Shown in pieces: positions 1-12,530 of a DNA stretch of 64,000 bases (its first letter is position 1; every line of letters starts with the position of its first letter). The position numbers and the translations under genes are program-made. Under the pieces are notes generated by a model. That model saw only the letters and a list, made by a program, of their open reading frames with translations, was not told where the DNA came from and searched no databases. This DNA comes from Thalia democratica. Its lineage: Eukaryota. The stretch spans positions 67,828,001 through 67,892,000 of the forward strand of contig OZ241830.1 of NCBI GenBank assembly GCA_965202585.1. The letters run 5' to 3'.

Positions 1-3000
1 AGTAAATCTGGCCTGCTAAAATAGTTTATTGCATTTAAATTCTAAACAAACTTCATTAATTTTTCCTTTTATTTTGCTGCAATACGGTCAAATAGTTTTT
101 ATTACTTTGCTAAATAATGAAAAAAACGTTGTATTTCATAATTAATGTCCTTCACAAGATTTTAAAAAGTATCCGTGGTGTGTGACCCGATAACTAAAAG
201 GTTCTTTGTGAACCAGGTCCTAGCTCCGAATGTTTTGTGTGCTTTTTTGTCGTTAAATAAACAATATTAATAATAAGTTATGTAAAAAGTTATAAAAAGG
301 TCTTGTTGTATTTAGCTAAAACGACTTAAAGATGGTTAAGAAAAAGTTGTGTTGTAACTAGAATGAATTACAGACTAAGAACAGTTTTATGTTTAAAATT
401 GTCACGTTACTTCCAAACGCCTGCTGATCTGGATTTAACTTCTTGAAAAATGTCTTAGTAGTCCTTTGACATACTTTTCCTTAAAATTGTTCATATAAGG
501 GGAATTTACAAAAATTTAGCATTTTTTTAAATTTTAAACTTGTTAGTGCTGTAATTAAATGCTTTCTAAACAAATTTGTTATCTTAATTGGGTGAACAAT
601 GGTACAGCTAAATAAAATAACTAGGACAATATTAATTGCTGCAATTGTTAACAAAGTCTTGTAAAACTGAATTTAATAAATGTTACTTGATTCAAAATTT
701 TTTAGTAAGACAACTAACAAACAGTTTTAGTCACAAATAAGGTCAATGAATTCATGTGAATAAAAACCCTTTGGTCAATGAGCTACTCACAATTTTGCTT
801 CTTAACACTGTTTCGATATATTTTAATTGATAAGTAACAAAAGTAAAAAATAAATAAAAATCATGTATTTTTATGAACTAACAAAATTAAATTCAGATGA
901 TCCATACACTAATGTCAATAATGTTTGAAATAATATTTTTTGTGTTATTTAATTATTCATTTGTCTTAAAGTAATAAACATCAGGTTCTACCATAAACTG
1001 TTTTTTTTTTTCATTTGACCAAGTAAGACTGAACAAAGCATTTTAACACTTCTTTGTAAAAATGGTTCAAGTTTTAGTTAATTGTACATTCTTGAACTGA
1101 TTGTTTTTTATTTTCCTAACTAATGTTTTAAAATTTTAACAAATATCTGAAAAAGACACTATAAATTTTTATGTTAATGGTAAATTATCAGTGAAGTAAC
1201 AGTCAAACTTTTTGCAATAATAAGCATACTCTGGGCAAGAGTGAATGTGTTTCTTAATATGTTACTTGACCTGCCACATTAGTATGTTATTTTTAATTAT
1301 CTTAAAATAAAACATAAAACAATGTTTTAGTTTTCTTGGTGACAATGCTTTTGGAAAGTTTTCACAAGACTAAAATCTTAACACCATAAACCACAAAGTG
1401 TGGGAAAATCATGAAGCTTGAATCTCCAGACAAGTGTTCACTAGCACTACATCAAAAAATAACAATCCAACAAAACCCCAAATTTTGCCTTTTTAAGAAT
1501 AGGCCATAAACCAAATAATTTTAACAAAAACCATTCTTTTGTTTTAATTATTATTTAACATAAACAATTTTTTACTATAAAACAAGTTCAAATTTGGCAG
1601 AATTGTTTTTTGTACAGCCTTGAACCCATTTGTTGTCATTGTTCTAACTGTTTTAATAAAGTTTTACAATGGTCTGAACTTCAACTTTTTTAACATCATG
1701 TTTGTCCATCTGGTTTTGGCCCGTGGAAAAACAACTGGCACCACACCATCTTCTCTCTTCTACATCAACTTAAAGTATTTTTTGTGTTTAATTTTTTTTG
1801 CCCTTTCTACAATGTTATTTATGTATATGTTCTTAAAAATAAAAAATGTTTAAACTAGTTTTGTACTTGTTTAGTGTTTTTATTGATTTAATTCAGTCTT
1901 AATCAATAAACCTCACACTGGGTGTTAATACTTATTTAAGCATAGATGAATTTAAATCACAACTATTAATATAAAAAGTAAAAATAAGCATAATAAATTA
2001 ACAAAAATTACAAAGAAAAGTTAAAAGTTTAAGAAAAAACTCTATGAGTTGAACTTTAAAGGTTTAAAAGCTTCACACAACATTATTATGTACAATCAAC
2101 TAAGTAAAATAAAACTTTAGTAATCATAAAATTGGACTTATTAATTCAAAAAAATACTTAATCAAAAAAAAATTACTCAAATAATTTATAATGGGAACTA
2201 AGAGCATCTTAGTAAAAAGTTTCCCAGAAAAAAATGATCCTTTAAAACTTTTAACTATTATCACGTCGCAATTAAAGTTTTATTTGAAATCTATTTCAGC
2301 TAGGCAAAAACGAGCATTTTTTGTTCATAAAACTTATAATCTTTCAGTGTTAGAAGTTCAACATTCGTTATTCAAAGTTTATCAATTAACCAAAACAAAG
2401 TCAATAAAGTTTTTAATATTCTAATAATCTTTTTTTCTTTTTTTTTCAGGTGGTTCACAGGAAACAGCAAACCAGTTAAAACACGCCCCTGGTTTACAGG
2501 CTAAGTCGTGACTTTTATATATTTTTTAACATTTTAACTACTCAATTTGTTTGAATTTTTTGTGAAAAAATGTAGCTACATTTGATATTCTACAAGCCTT
2601 TTCTAGTTTTATTGGTCTGTTTTCTAAATAAAAAAATTTATTGGAACATTTCTTTTTTGTTTATTTAGATTTTAAGATTTAAGGTTTTTAACATTATTTA
2701 TTAGTTTTTTTGCACTTACTACATTGCCAAAAAAAAAAACTATGGTGGAAATTCAGTTTTCAACTAAAGGAAATTTTATTAAAATAATTTAAAAGATAAC
2801 TAAAAAACTAATAACTTATATTAAGTTATTTTAATCATTTATTATCAAAAATTAATTAGGAGTTTTCACAAGAAATATTGTGAAAATTAAGCATTATTAC
2901 AGAGTTCATATTTAATTGATGAGTTTATGTTAATGTTGATGAGTTTGTAAGTAAGTTAAAATGACTTTATTGAACAGCATTGTTTTTTAAGTGTTTTATA

Positions 3001-3022
3001 CATAAATACATTGAATAATATA

Positions 3023-5713
3023 TTGTAACAGGATATCAAACTGCATTTGGTATTTTTTTTATTTTGTTGGAAAGTATTGAGAACTCTTTTGCTCATCCAT
3101 GCGTTTAAGAGAAAGCTCGTAAGGTTACGTGTTTAACTGATGCAATTCTTCATTTGCATACTACAGCCATGTATAAACACTCATCAAGTGAAAGATATTT
3201 CATTCAAGCCAGGCCTTGCTGAAGTAAACATGTAATTCTAGTTAGACAATTGTGTTGGTTTATGAAAATTTTTATGTTTAAGAAGGATTTTTCTCATAAG
3301 TATTTTTATAGTTTTAAGTTCAAGCAGTTAATTTTTTTTTTTAATTTAAGCATTCTCAAAATATACCTTATTTAGATGTAAATTGTGTTTAAAAGTTTTA
3401 ATAAAACAATATCTTAAGCATATTGCTTTGAAATTTTACATGGTTCTTTGTAATTGTTAGTGTTTGCATTTGTTCTTAAATATAAAATATATTCATTTAT
3501 GACGTGCCTTGTTTTATATAGAGTAGCCCTACCCCTAAGTACTATCTAATATTAATATATATTAGTATAGAGTAGTTGGGTTAATGTTATTTATTTATTA
3601 GGGTTAATACTATTGACTTGTAACATACTATAACAATAAGTTTATTGATTATATAAACCACCTTATCTGTAAGTAACAATATACATTTTATTACTTTATT
3701 ATCTTTCAACTTACAAATCAAAATATCTAGAATTAAAGAAATAATAAATATGGGACAATATTATATATACTTATGTTTCATAACAAATACTCACTATACT
3801 TACCAGTTGAATTTTTTACCTTGATAGTGTTTATAACTGAACATATTTTTTGTAATGTGCAGGACGTAAGTTTAATGTGTGTGTATTAAACATTAAAAAC
3901 CTTAAGTAAAGTTCAATTTGATTTATTTTTTATTTCAATTAAAATACTCAACGCCAGCTTTAATTTTTAGGTATAAATCATAACTTATTTTTTTTTACAC
4001 TGACTTATTTTCTTAAATTACAAGAAAACAAAAGTTTAATCCTATAGGTTTTATAGAATTTTTTTTTTCAAGATTATAAAAAAACTTAAACTATATTAAC
4101 TTACTAAGATCACTTTTTTAGTTAGTTTAGATTGATAACTTATTAAACACACTTTTTGGCTTAAATACCTTTTTTTTTATAGTGCTAACTAGTAATAATT
4201 TTATTACCATCTACAAACTGAAGAAAAATATATTTTTTATAGTATGAAACTGTGCTAAAAATTTGTTTTAAAAAAGCTATTGAATAGTTTTATACTCTCG
4301 TTATGAATTTATTTTGAGCATATCTAACTTTTACCATTTACAAATATTAGAGAAATTTATTTTAACATATAGGCGATTAAAATTTAAAAGTTTGAAAATT
4401 TTTATTTTCAAGACAAAAATTTTTACTAAAATTATATCTCATCCTACACTTATTTACACGTTTTAGGAGGGTGATTAGACTAATTTCTTGAAGCCGGTGC
4501 GACCCCTAAAAAAAGGAAAACATTGTTTAACCAGAATCTTTAAAATTGTTTATTATTTTGTTGTATTAGTTTTTACTTAATTTTTGAATAATGAATGCTG
4601 GTTTACATTACGAAAGTATTAAAAGTAATTTTTTCTGTGTAAACTATCTGGCCCTAAACATCAGCTGAGAGAATTTTAGAGTTTCAAACACATTGTGATG
4701 ACACAGAGCATCAAAAGTTTATAGGATCCTTAACGTGTGCAAAACTTTTACGAATTTGCATAAAGTTTTCAACTTAAATGGCTACCATTAATAAATCAAG
4801 ATTATGCTTAGTTTTTGAACTAAATACAAAAAGTATTAGCTAAGTATTTATTATATAGCAATTACTGAGAATGATAAATTAAATTAACTTCCCGCACGTC
4901 TTTAAATTAATTATTTTCATACAAATATTCAATTTACATTTTCAAAGTTTTGGTTTTTATAGTTCACCAAAAACTAACCATGTCATTTTAGACACTAAAC
5001 GGCGATATTAAAATAATGACATTTTATCATTTTGTTTAAAATAGTATTTAACTAAAAATATGTTATGTTGCTTTGTCTTTAAAAAAGACTTTGTAACCTA
5101 TGGATGTAGGTACCTTAAATACACACTTAACCTACACTAAATATTGATACTAATAAAACTTGGGGCTACTCTATATAAAACTAGGCATGAAAATAAATGA
5201 ACATGTTGCATTAAAGAACAACTGCGAAAATTAATAAGAATATAAATAACATAATACTTTAGAAACTACTCTAAATGTATTCAAAACTTTACACACGAAT
5301 CAATCTAACAGGATTATACTTTTACAATGTATAAAACAAAATAAGATTCAACTACTTAAGACATTTAATATAAAAGTAACATTGTTAATCAATTACTTTA
5401 AATAGCACAAGAAAACAATATAAGTGTCTATTCAACATGAACAACATTTTTACTGCAGCAGGCTGTGGCTAGGACCCCTACTACTTTCTGTTGCTGGTTT
5501 ATATAGAAGCGTTCTTAGCTTTATGCAACATCACATCAGTAATTTGTTGTCTTCACTTTATTTTCTCCTTGTGTTAATTGTTTTAAACTGGCACTAGTAT
5601 AAAATTTGACCTTTCAAGCTTTCATTTAACCGATTGAATGAACAATGATACTAGCTCAAAACTTTCCATCAAGTCTAAACAGTAACCAAGTACAATCAAG
5701 TATCCTGTTACAA
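3023..5713. repeat. Old inverted duplication: ~550-600 bp arms (~3023-3580 and ~5110-5713) around a ~1.5 kb spacer, unit copy 1
   Basis: tgccttgttttatatagagtagccc (3505-3529) is the reverse complement of 5163-5187 at 24/25. Further matching anchors are ttgtaacaggata (3023-3035 vs 5701-5713) and a degenerate gcct(t)gctg[a/c]agtaaa motif on both arms. Confidence 0.8.
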
Positions 5714-6673
5714 CTTATAATACTAAATTCTAATAACAAAATAATTTGTATTTTTTAGGTAATTTCTAAGTTTTATTTCTAAAATTTGTCAAAAGAAAAT
5801 ACTTAAGTTTTAATTAAACTTATTGATAGAAATTGATTTTATTTGTAAAGGTAGTTTGGATTCAAGTTTTTGAAATAAAATAAAAACATTAAAATGTTTT
5901 AAAGTATTTATTGTTGTTTTTCAAAAAAAAATTTACAGGTTAAAAATCTTTCCGTTCAAAATAGGTGATTCAAATAAATGGTTCAACCGAATTACTTATA
6001 AGTTTAATAAATAGTATGTTAAGCTTTTTGTGAAACTAAACCTTATACTTGTTTTTCTAGAATACTACTGTAATCATATTTTCTTTGTGTTAACTGTCAT
6101 GGTCAATGCGGAAACTTCTATTTTTTCTAAGTACAATGTACACAATTAATAATAAATAAACATTAGACTATTTACCAACTTATTTCACTAAAAATTTTAT
6201 CTGGTAATACTTTAGTTTATACCTAGATGGTTTCTACTTCTTGTACAGGTTATTGTTTTTAAAGCAGAATTTTTAGTAAAACCATGAACAAACATTATCA
6301 AGTAAAAAAATAAAAAAACTTTTATTACAGATTAGGAAGGATAAAAAGATTTAATAACAGCTTGAAATTAAGTTTAAAAGTATAAGCTGGTTGATAGCTA
6401 TTGAATATTGCTAAAAAATATATACAAGAATGAACGATCATACTAGTTTAGTATTAACTTTTATAAATACATATATTTAATTTTGCTAAAATAAACTAAT
6501 GCTATAATAGATTAGTATGTATTTACTTCTTTTTCTAAAGTGTTTTGTTTAACGCTGTTGTAGTAAATACTATACGTTATAAAGAAAACTAATTTCTTAA
6601 AAATGCAGAAAGTAAACTATAATTTGATATTTAACGGTAAGATAATTAAACATATTTGTCATCATAAGAAAGC

Positions 6674-7983
6674 ATGGTTAAAAACATTTATCAAAAAGAT
6701 GTCCGTGCAAACTATCCTAAGTTAGTACAAAGCTCCCAAGTTGTCCACAAATTCGTAAAAATTACAAAGTAGATGAGTTTGCAAGGTTTGCAAAGAGAAT
6801 GCTCAAGGAAGTTTGATGACAACAAAATTAAATGACCTTTCAGAATCAGGTATTTGAAATGATTGTGTATATTATTTATTTTTTTTTTGGAAGCTCAGTC
6901 TAACCTCTAAACTAAACTTCATTTTTGACGTTATTAATTCGTTTTAAACGTTAAATTTAATGTACAAGTGTCAAATATTTATTTTTTTTCAAAGTTTGAT
7001 GTTGAAATAAATATGAAACGTTTTTAAAAAAAAGTTCAACAAGTTAAAAGAATTATAGAAATTATGTAAGTATTTATACAAAAAATTAAAAGTATAAACT
7101 ACTTGTAAAAGCATTTTTTCAAAACAATTTAACAGGCTTTACATTTGTATTTTATAACTAACTTTACTGCTCATAAAAATGTTTGTACAAATGTATACAC
7201 TTGAAGAAATAAACTTTTACAAGGAGATTGCTAGTGTTGTAATTGCTTTTTTTCTCTAATAACATTAAATATATTAACTTTTAAAAAAGATCAGAAAATA
7301 GAGATGAAACAAGTTAAAAATTTAATACAAGCTTAGTTTTATAAAACTTTTGTTTGATTACTTTTACAAAAAATTTATAAAAAAAAACCTTAATTATTAC
7401 AATAACTTATTCTAATAAGACTTTGTTTAAATTATTTCTTAACCGTTCTACTTTGAACTATTTTTCCAGTTACAATTAATTTTTTTTTTAATGTTTTATA
7501 TTAGAATGGTCACAGCTTTCTTCAACAGAATTTTATTTATAGGTAAACGCGAGTTTGAAAACGACGAATATCTCAAAGTTATAATTCAGAACAAGCTTTC
7601 ACTGAACGAGAACACAAATACGAGTTTGAAGAAATATATTGAAATCAAACTAACAACCAAAAAGTTGCTGCTTATTTTAAGATAAGCGAAATCTACTAGC
7701 TACTTGCAGTTAGATTACCACAGCTTGGCGAAAGTGGTGCGCAGTTCTAATGTAAACGCCACCTCGGAACTCGAAGTGTTATATGCAGCCACAGCTTGGT
7801 TGAGTAAAGATTTCAAAAAACGAAGCAAGTTTGCGAAAAGTCTTGATGCTTAAAATTCGTTTTGGCGTGCTGTCGGATCAAAGCTCAAAACGCATTTTGT
7901 CTAAAACACCAAAGTTAGCCGGAACGATCGGAGAAATATTAAAAGACGACTTTCTCAAAGAATTACTCAATTTATTTAGATAA
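6674..7983 (+). pseudogene. BACK-domain pseudogene, paralog of the Kelch gene, copy 1 (exons 6674-6849 and 7543-7983)
   Basis: Exon 2 translates across frameshifts to KVAAYFKISEIY..SYLQLDYHSLAKVVRSSNVNATSELEVLYAATAWLSKDFKKRSKFAKSLMLKIRF, which aligns with the BACK domain of the adjacent Kelch gene. The intron is phase 1 (TCAG|gtatt ... tttatag|GT). There are several frameshifts and stops. Confidence 0.85.
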
Positions 7984-10780
7984 TATAAGGTGCAGTAAGG
8001 CTTACAAATGTAGTTACAAATCTTCACAGTACTAAAAAAATATTTAACTTGAGACATTTGGTAGAGTAATTCAACTTTCTAGTTTTATTTTTATGTTAGT
8101 AAGTAATAAAGCATTTACATGTTATTGTTTGAAAAAGTAACTTATGAGATATCAGCAATCAAAGTTTGAAAGTGTTGTAAGTTTCTTAAATAGATCTAAG
8201 TATTTCACTAAAAAACTATCTACTTTTATACCTATTACGTATTGTTTTTAGAATATTCTTAGTTTAATTTAAAGTTTTACAAGATTGTTTTAATAGTTTT
8301 AGGGTTGCCAACAACTTAAGAAATGTAAGAAGTTCTAAAAAAATCTCAGAAAGACTCAGGCGAGTTTGGTATATAGTTATACAAGATGACTCAAGTACTT
8401 TATTTATAAAAACAATTTGGGAATATTTTAAAATTTCTACGATTTTCAATCAAATTCCATATTTTTTAGATGTTGAGTGAGATTAAGTAGTTGCAGTTTA
8501 AATATTTTGATTTTTTAATATTTTACAAACAGAATTATTCAAAAACCAAATTTTTTAGATTTAAAAAAAAATATTTAAATGTTGATTCTTTCTTAAAAAG
8601 TATTTAAATAAAAAACTCCAGAATATTCAATGCAAGGATAGGTTTTTTTGACTCAAAGAGACAATCCTACGATTGCTACTTGATAAAAATCAAAAAAGAA
8701 TTAGGCTACTTAGTTAGATCTTATTGGTTAAAGCATAAAAGTGAACAAAAAACTCATAACATACTCAATTCTGTATTTATAGTCTCAATCTTCTGAAATA
8801 TATAAAACACTTAAAAAATGTGAAACAATGAATTTTATATATTTACTCGTTAAAACAGACTAGAGTTATAATTTAAATAAATCTATTAGACTTAAAATGA
8901 AAAACAATAATACCAGTTAGGCTTTGCTTATCCAAGTCAATGAGAAAACCATAGTAAGTCAAAACAAATGGGTAGTAAAAATACTTACTAACAATTATAT
9001 AACTTTAACTTATAGAAATATACCCTCAAGTTTTATTTTAAGTATATGTTTTCTCGTCAACAACTTAATTGAAACTCAGGTGTAAAAATAGGTGATAGAA
9101 GAAGGGTCAGTTTAATTTTTTTAAGATTTTAGGAAAAAGATATCGATAAGTTGTTTTGCAAAAAAAAAATATAACGATTTATTAGTAGTCTCAACACGTT
9201 TAAAATAGTTTTTAAAGTATGAAATTAACGTTAAGTAAAAGATTTTGTAGTCCATCTTGAAACTTTTAGAAACTTGAATAAAAATGTTATATAACTTTTA
9301 GTTCTGGCTGCTAAACACTTATCAATTTACAATAAAATCTACTGCAAAATTTGAAAAGCAATAAGATAACTAAAAAATGAATAACAGTTGTCAAAGAGCA
9401 AGCACTCATCTTTACAAGCTAAGAAAAAGCATAATAAACACAGACTATTGTTTCACAAAACACAAAAAGACGTCGAAGAAATTTACAGAAAAATTCGCAA
9501 TTAGTAACTGTTAAACGACAAAACGCAGCAAGAAATCGGATCACAGGATTAACAACTTGAAAAAAAGTTATAATTACTGATGTTTAAACTCACTACCAAC
9601 TATATTTGAAGTAGGACATAATCAATTCATACTTATATTCACTTAAGACGAACACATTTTCGCAATTAACAATTTGTTGACAAAAGAAAAATTATCAAAC
9701 TAAAGCTATTTAGATATGAATTGAAAAATTTGACAGCTTTATATTAAAAGAAGCTAGATAGAAAATTTATTGCAGTACTTGTATGAATGATGAAGCAATG
9801 ACATCATAATGATTTACTTGATTTTTAGCCACGTCAATTGAGTAAGGATTTGCTTTTAAGCTAGCTCAATTGTCTAATTTGTAGGTACAACTACAGTTTG
9901 CAAGAAGATGAAATAAACTAACAACGATTAAAAAATACTCTATACTTTCTAAGTTAATACTTCTAAAATCTTAATTAGTTTGATTAGAAGTTGAAAACTT
10001 AACAATGAAATTAGAAAAATAAAAATTTCATGTTCTTTCGTATTATCTTGATTATGGTTATTTTCAACGATACAGATTTATTTTTACTATTTATGATTTC
10101 TCTTTTGATGTGCTACTTTTAATTGTTTTATCAAAGTAAAGTCTTTTAATAAATAAATTTAATCTAAAGTTTAAAATAATTTTTTTTCTTTTAAAGTAGA
10201 ACTAAAACAGTTTAGAAAAAACCAACTATTGGCTTAACTGTACTGAAAGTGGACTAAAATCTTAAAAATAATATCTTTTTATGCAATTTATAAAAAATTA
10301 TTTCAAAAAAATATTATCTAAGTATATATTGCGTTGTTTTGTTTTTTTGAATATCATATATATTTCTGCCGTTGAAGTTTAAGCATATTACAGCCTAAAA
10401 TATTTAACATAATTCAGTTAGATGTGTGTATTTAATTGGTTATTAAACTAAAATTGTCGTCAATCTTTTAACTTAATACTACTTTCTTACTAGTTAGTCA
10501 TGAAGTTACTCTAAAACTACAGTTGAAACTGTATTAAGATTTTGCATAAAACTTAGTTTTTTATTTTAAATTTTATGTTTTAAATTCCATATTTAAATTA
10601 AATAATTTTATTACACTCAAAAACAAAACACATTTATAACTCGTTCCATAAAACAAGTAAAAAATGTTATGACAAATTTATTTTTACTGTTAAAGTTATT
10701 ATGGATACATAAATCAGATGTTTATTATTATTTTAATGTTAAAAAAATAATTAATTTTATTTAGGTAGGTTTAACTTAAA

Positions 10781-12526
10781 ATGAGTTTTAAATTATCAAA
10801 AAATCGTAGAAAAAGCTTTAGTTTAGTTAAAGCATGCAAAAACAATGCTCGAAAGATAAATGAAAACAAAAATAGGATAAAAGTTTTTGAAACAGGTTTG
10901 TTTTTCGTTTTAAAATATGTATTTCCGAAGTATTTATTTATGAACCTTATGATTATTTTGTCAACTTTAGATTTGCTATTAAACCAAGTTACCTCCGGAT
11001 TTTTAGAAAAAAACACAATTTTTTTAAACACTTTAAATATTTTTTTTAATTGCTTCATAAATAACAAGTATTTAAAGTTAAGGTTTGAAAAAAAAGGTGT
11101 TAACTAATACTTTTAAAACATTTTTAGGTAGGAAAAAATCTAAAGAAGCAATGTTTGTATCGGCTTTTAAACTAAATAAACTTTTTCTACTAACAAACGT
11201 ACCAAAACTAAGCAGAAAAATCGAAGATAGTTTAACTGTTCAAAACGTATCCACATACTGCCAGATGTCATACATTTACAATCTAAACGTTCTATTTAAA
11301 AAAACGTTCAGCTTCATTGAACGTTGTTTTGTAGTGGTTGCTGAAACTAAAAACTTTTTAGAAATAGAAGATATTTTGATTGCAAGAATAATGGGTAGTT
11401 CTGGGTTAAAAATTACTTCAGAGTTAGAAGTTTTCAATGCTATAGATAGCTGGACTAGCTACAATACACAAAAAAGGAGCAAGCATGCAAAACATCTTTT
11501 TTTAAAGGTTCGGTTTCATCTTTTGCCCGATCGCACATTGAAACACGTTATTGATAAATCTTCATACTTTTCTAAAACTAAAGAACATGGTGCACTGTTC
11601 AATGCAGTTATGGGTAACAAAGAGAATTTTCCAAAAAAGTTGCTAAACAACTGCTACACCCATAGATATTGCGACCAACATGATTTTGATATAGTTATTT
11701 GTGGAGTTTTAGATGAACATTTAAAAAACTCAAACAAAGTGTTTCACAAAACAATAGAAAATGTGAAATTTATTACTCCAAAGAAACAAAAAGCAAATTT
11801 TAACCGAGTGGTTTGTTTGAAAGGAGAAATTTATGCAATAGCAGCAGGTAACTACATGTTTAAGGAAGACAAAACTACCATTGAAAAATACATTGCAAAA
11901 ACGAATACTTGGGAGAAAGTTTCACAAATAGACGACAACGGAGGACGAAGTTCATTTTGCTGCTGCGCTTTCATGAACGAAATATATATACTAGGCGGCT
12001 GTTACCGATGGTACGTGACTGACTCTTGCTTGAAGTTTGATGCAACAAGCCGCGCTTGGAAGGGAGTCACGGAGATGAGCGAAGCGCGCCAGCATGCGGC
12101 GTGCGCCGTTTTCCAAGGAAAAATCGTGGTTTGCGGCGGGGAAGATGAAGAAGATGAAAATTACTCGGAAACGGTTGAGTCGTATGACGTCATCACCGAC
12201 ACTTGGTCGCCGATGCCCAGCATGATGGAAAGCAAAAGCAGGCACAGCGCAGTTGCGGTGAGAAGCAAGTATTACGTCATCTGCGAAACGATTTTTGCGA
12301 GGTCTTTGACAGCGTTTGTAACAAGTTTGTTGCCTTAAAAGAACCGAATCTAAAGTTTAGACGAATGAGTAGAGCTGTTTCATTTGGCAGTAAAATTTTT
12401 GTGTTTCGTTTTACTCAACCTAGTTTGGTTGTTTATGATGTTGATAAAGACGAGTGGTCGGAGGAACTGTGTGAAATTACCAAAAATGTTCAATGCTTTT
12501 CCTGTACAGTTGTACCATTTTGTTAA
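10781..12526 (+). pseudogene. BACK-Kelch gene copy 1, frameshifted (exons 10781-10895 and 11128-12526)
   Basis: Nearly identical to intact copy 2. A 1-bp deletion at 12287/12288 (gaaacg vs gaacacg) splits the ORF into 11085-12338 and 12203-12526. It could be an assembly error. Confidence 0.8.
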
Positions 12527-12530
12527 TAAA
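12525..12530 (+). terminator. Polyadenylation signal AATAAA overlapping the Kelch stop codon (also in copies 2 and 3)
   Basis: The sequence tgtTAATAAAtttg follows the last codon in all three copies. AATAAA is common by chance in AT-rich DNA. Confidence 0.4.

Noticed and set aside
2450-2504. Small exon after a strong acceptor with a repeated WFTG...WFTG* peptide, suggestive of a neuropeptide-like repeat
   Set aside because: The first repeat is a stop in copy 2 and altered in copy 3, the frame is unknown, and there is no signal peptide or cleavage-site support.
3032-3230. Idea of an alternative genetic code, because TGA is aligned in both inverted arms
   Set aside because: The Kelch, kinase and GTF3C3 frames use TGG for Trp and end at standard stops. 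The arms are simply decayed or non-coding.
4461-4510. Short imperfect inverted repeat tttagg(a)gggt...acccctaaa, considered as ncRNA, MITE or Helitron end
   Set aside because: The stem is only 8-9 bp, there are no tRNA/snRNA boxes or target-site duplication, and it recurs only as part of the unit.
10771-11107. ORFs 10771-11067 (-) and 10781-11107 (+) as stand-alone genes (also 33908-34241 and 56735-56980)
   Set aside because: The plus ORF is Kelch exon 1 reading on into its intron, and its tail differs in frame between copies. The minus ORF is a shadow.
11991-12245. Minus-strand ORFs over the Kelch repeats (also 35129-35428 and 58028-58234)
   Set aside because: They are antisense shadows of the GC-rich Kelch segment, which has few stops on the opposite strand, and they show no recognisable motifs.
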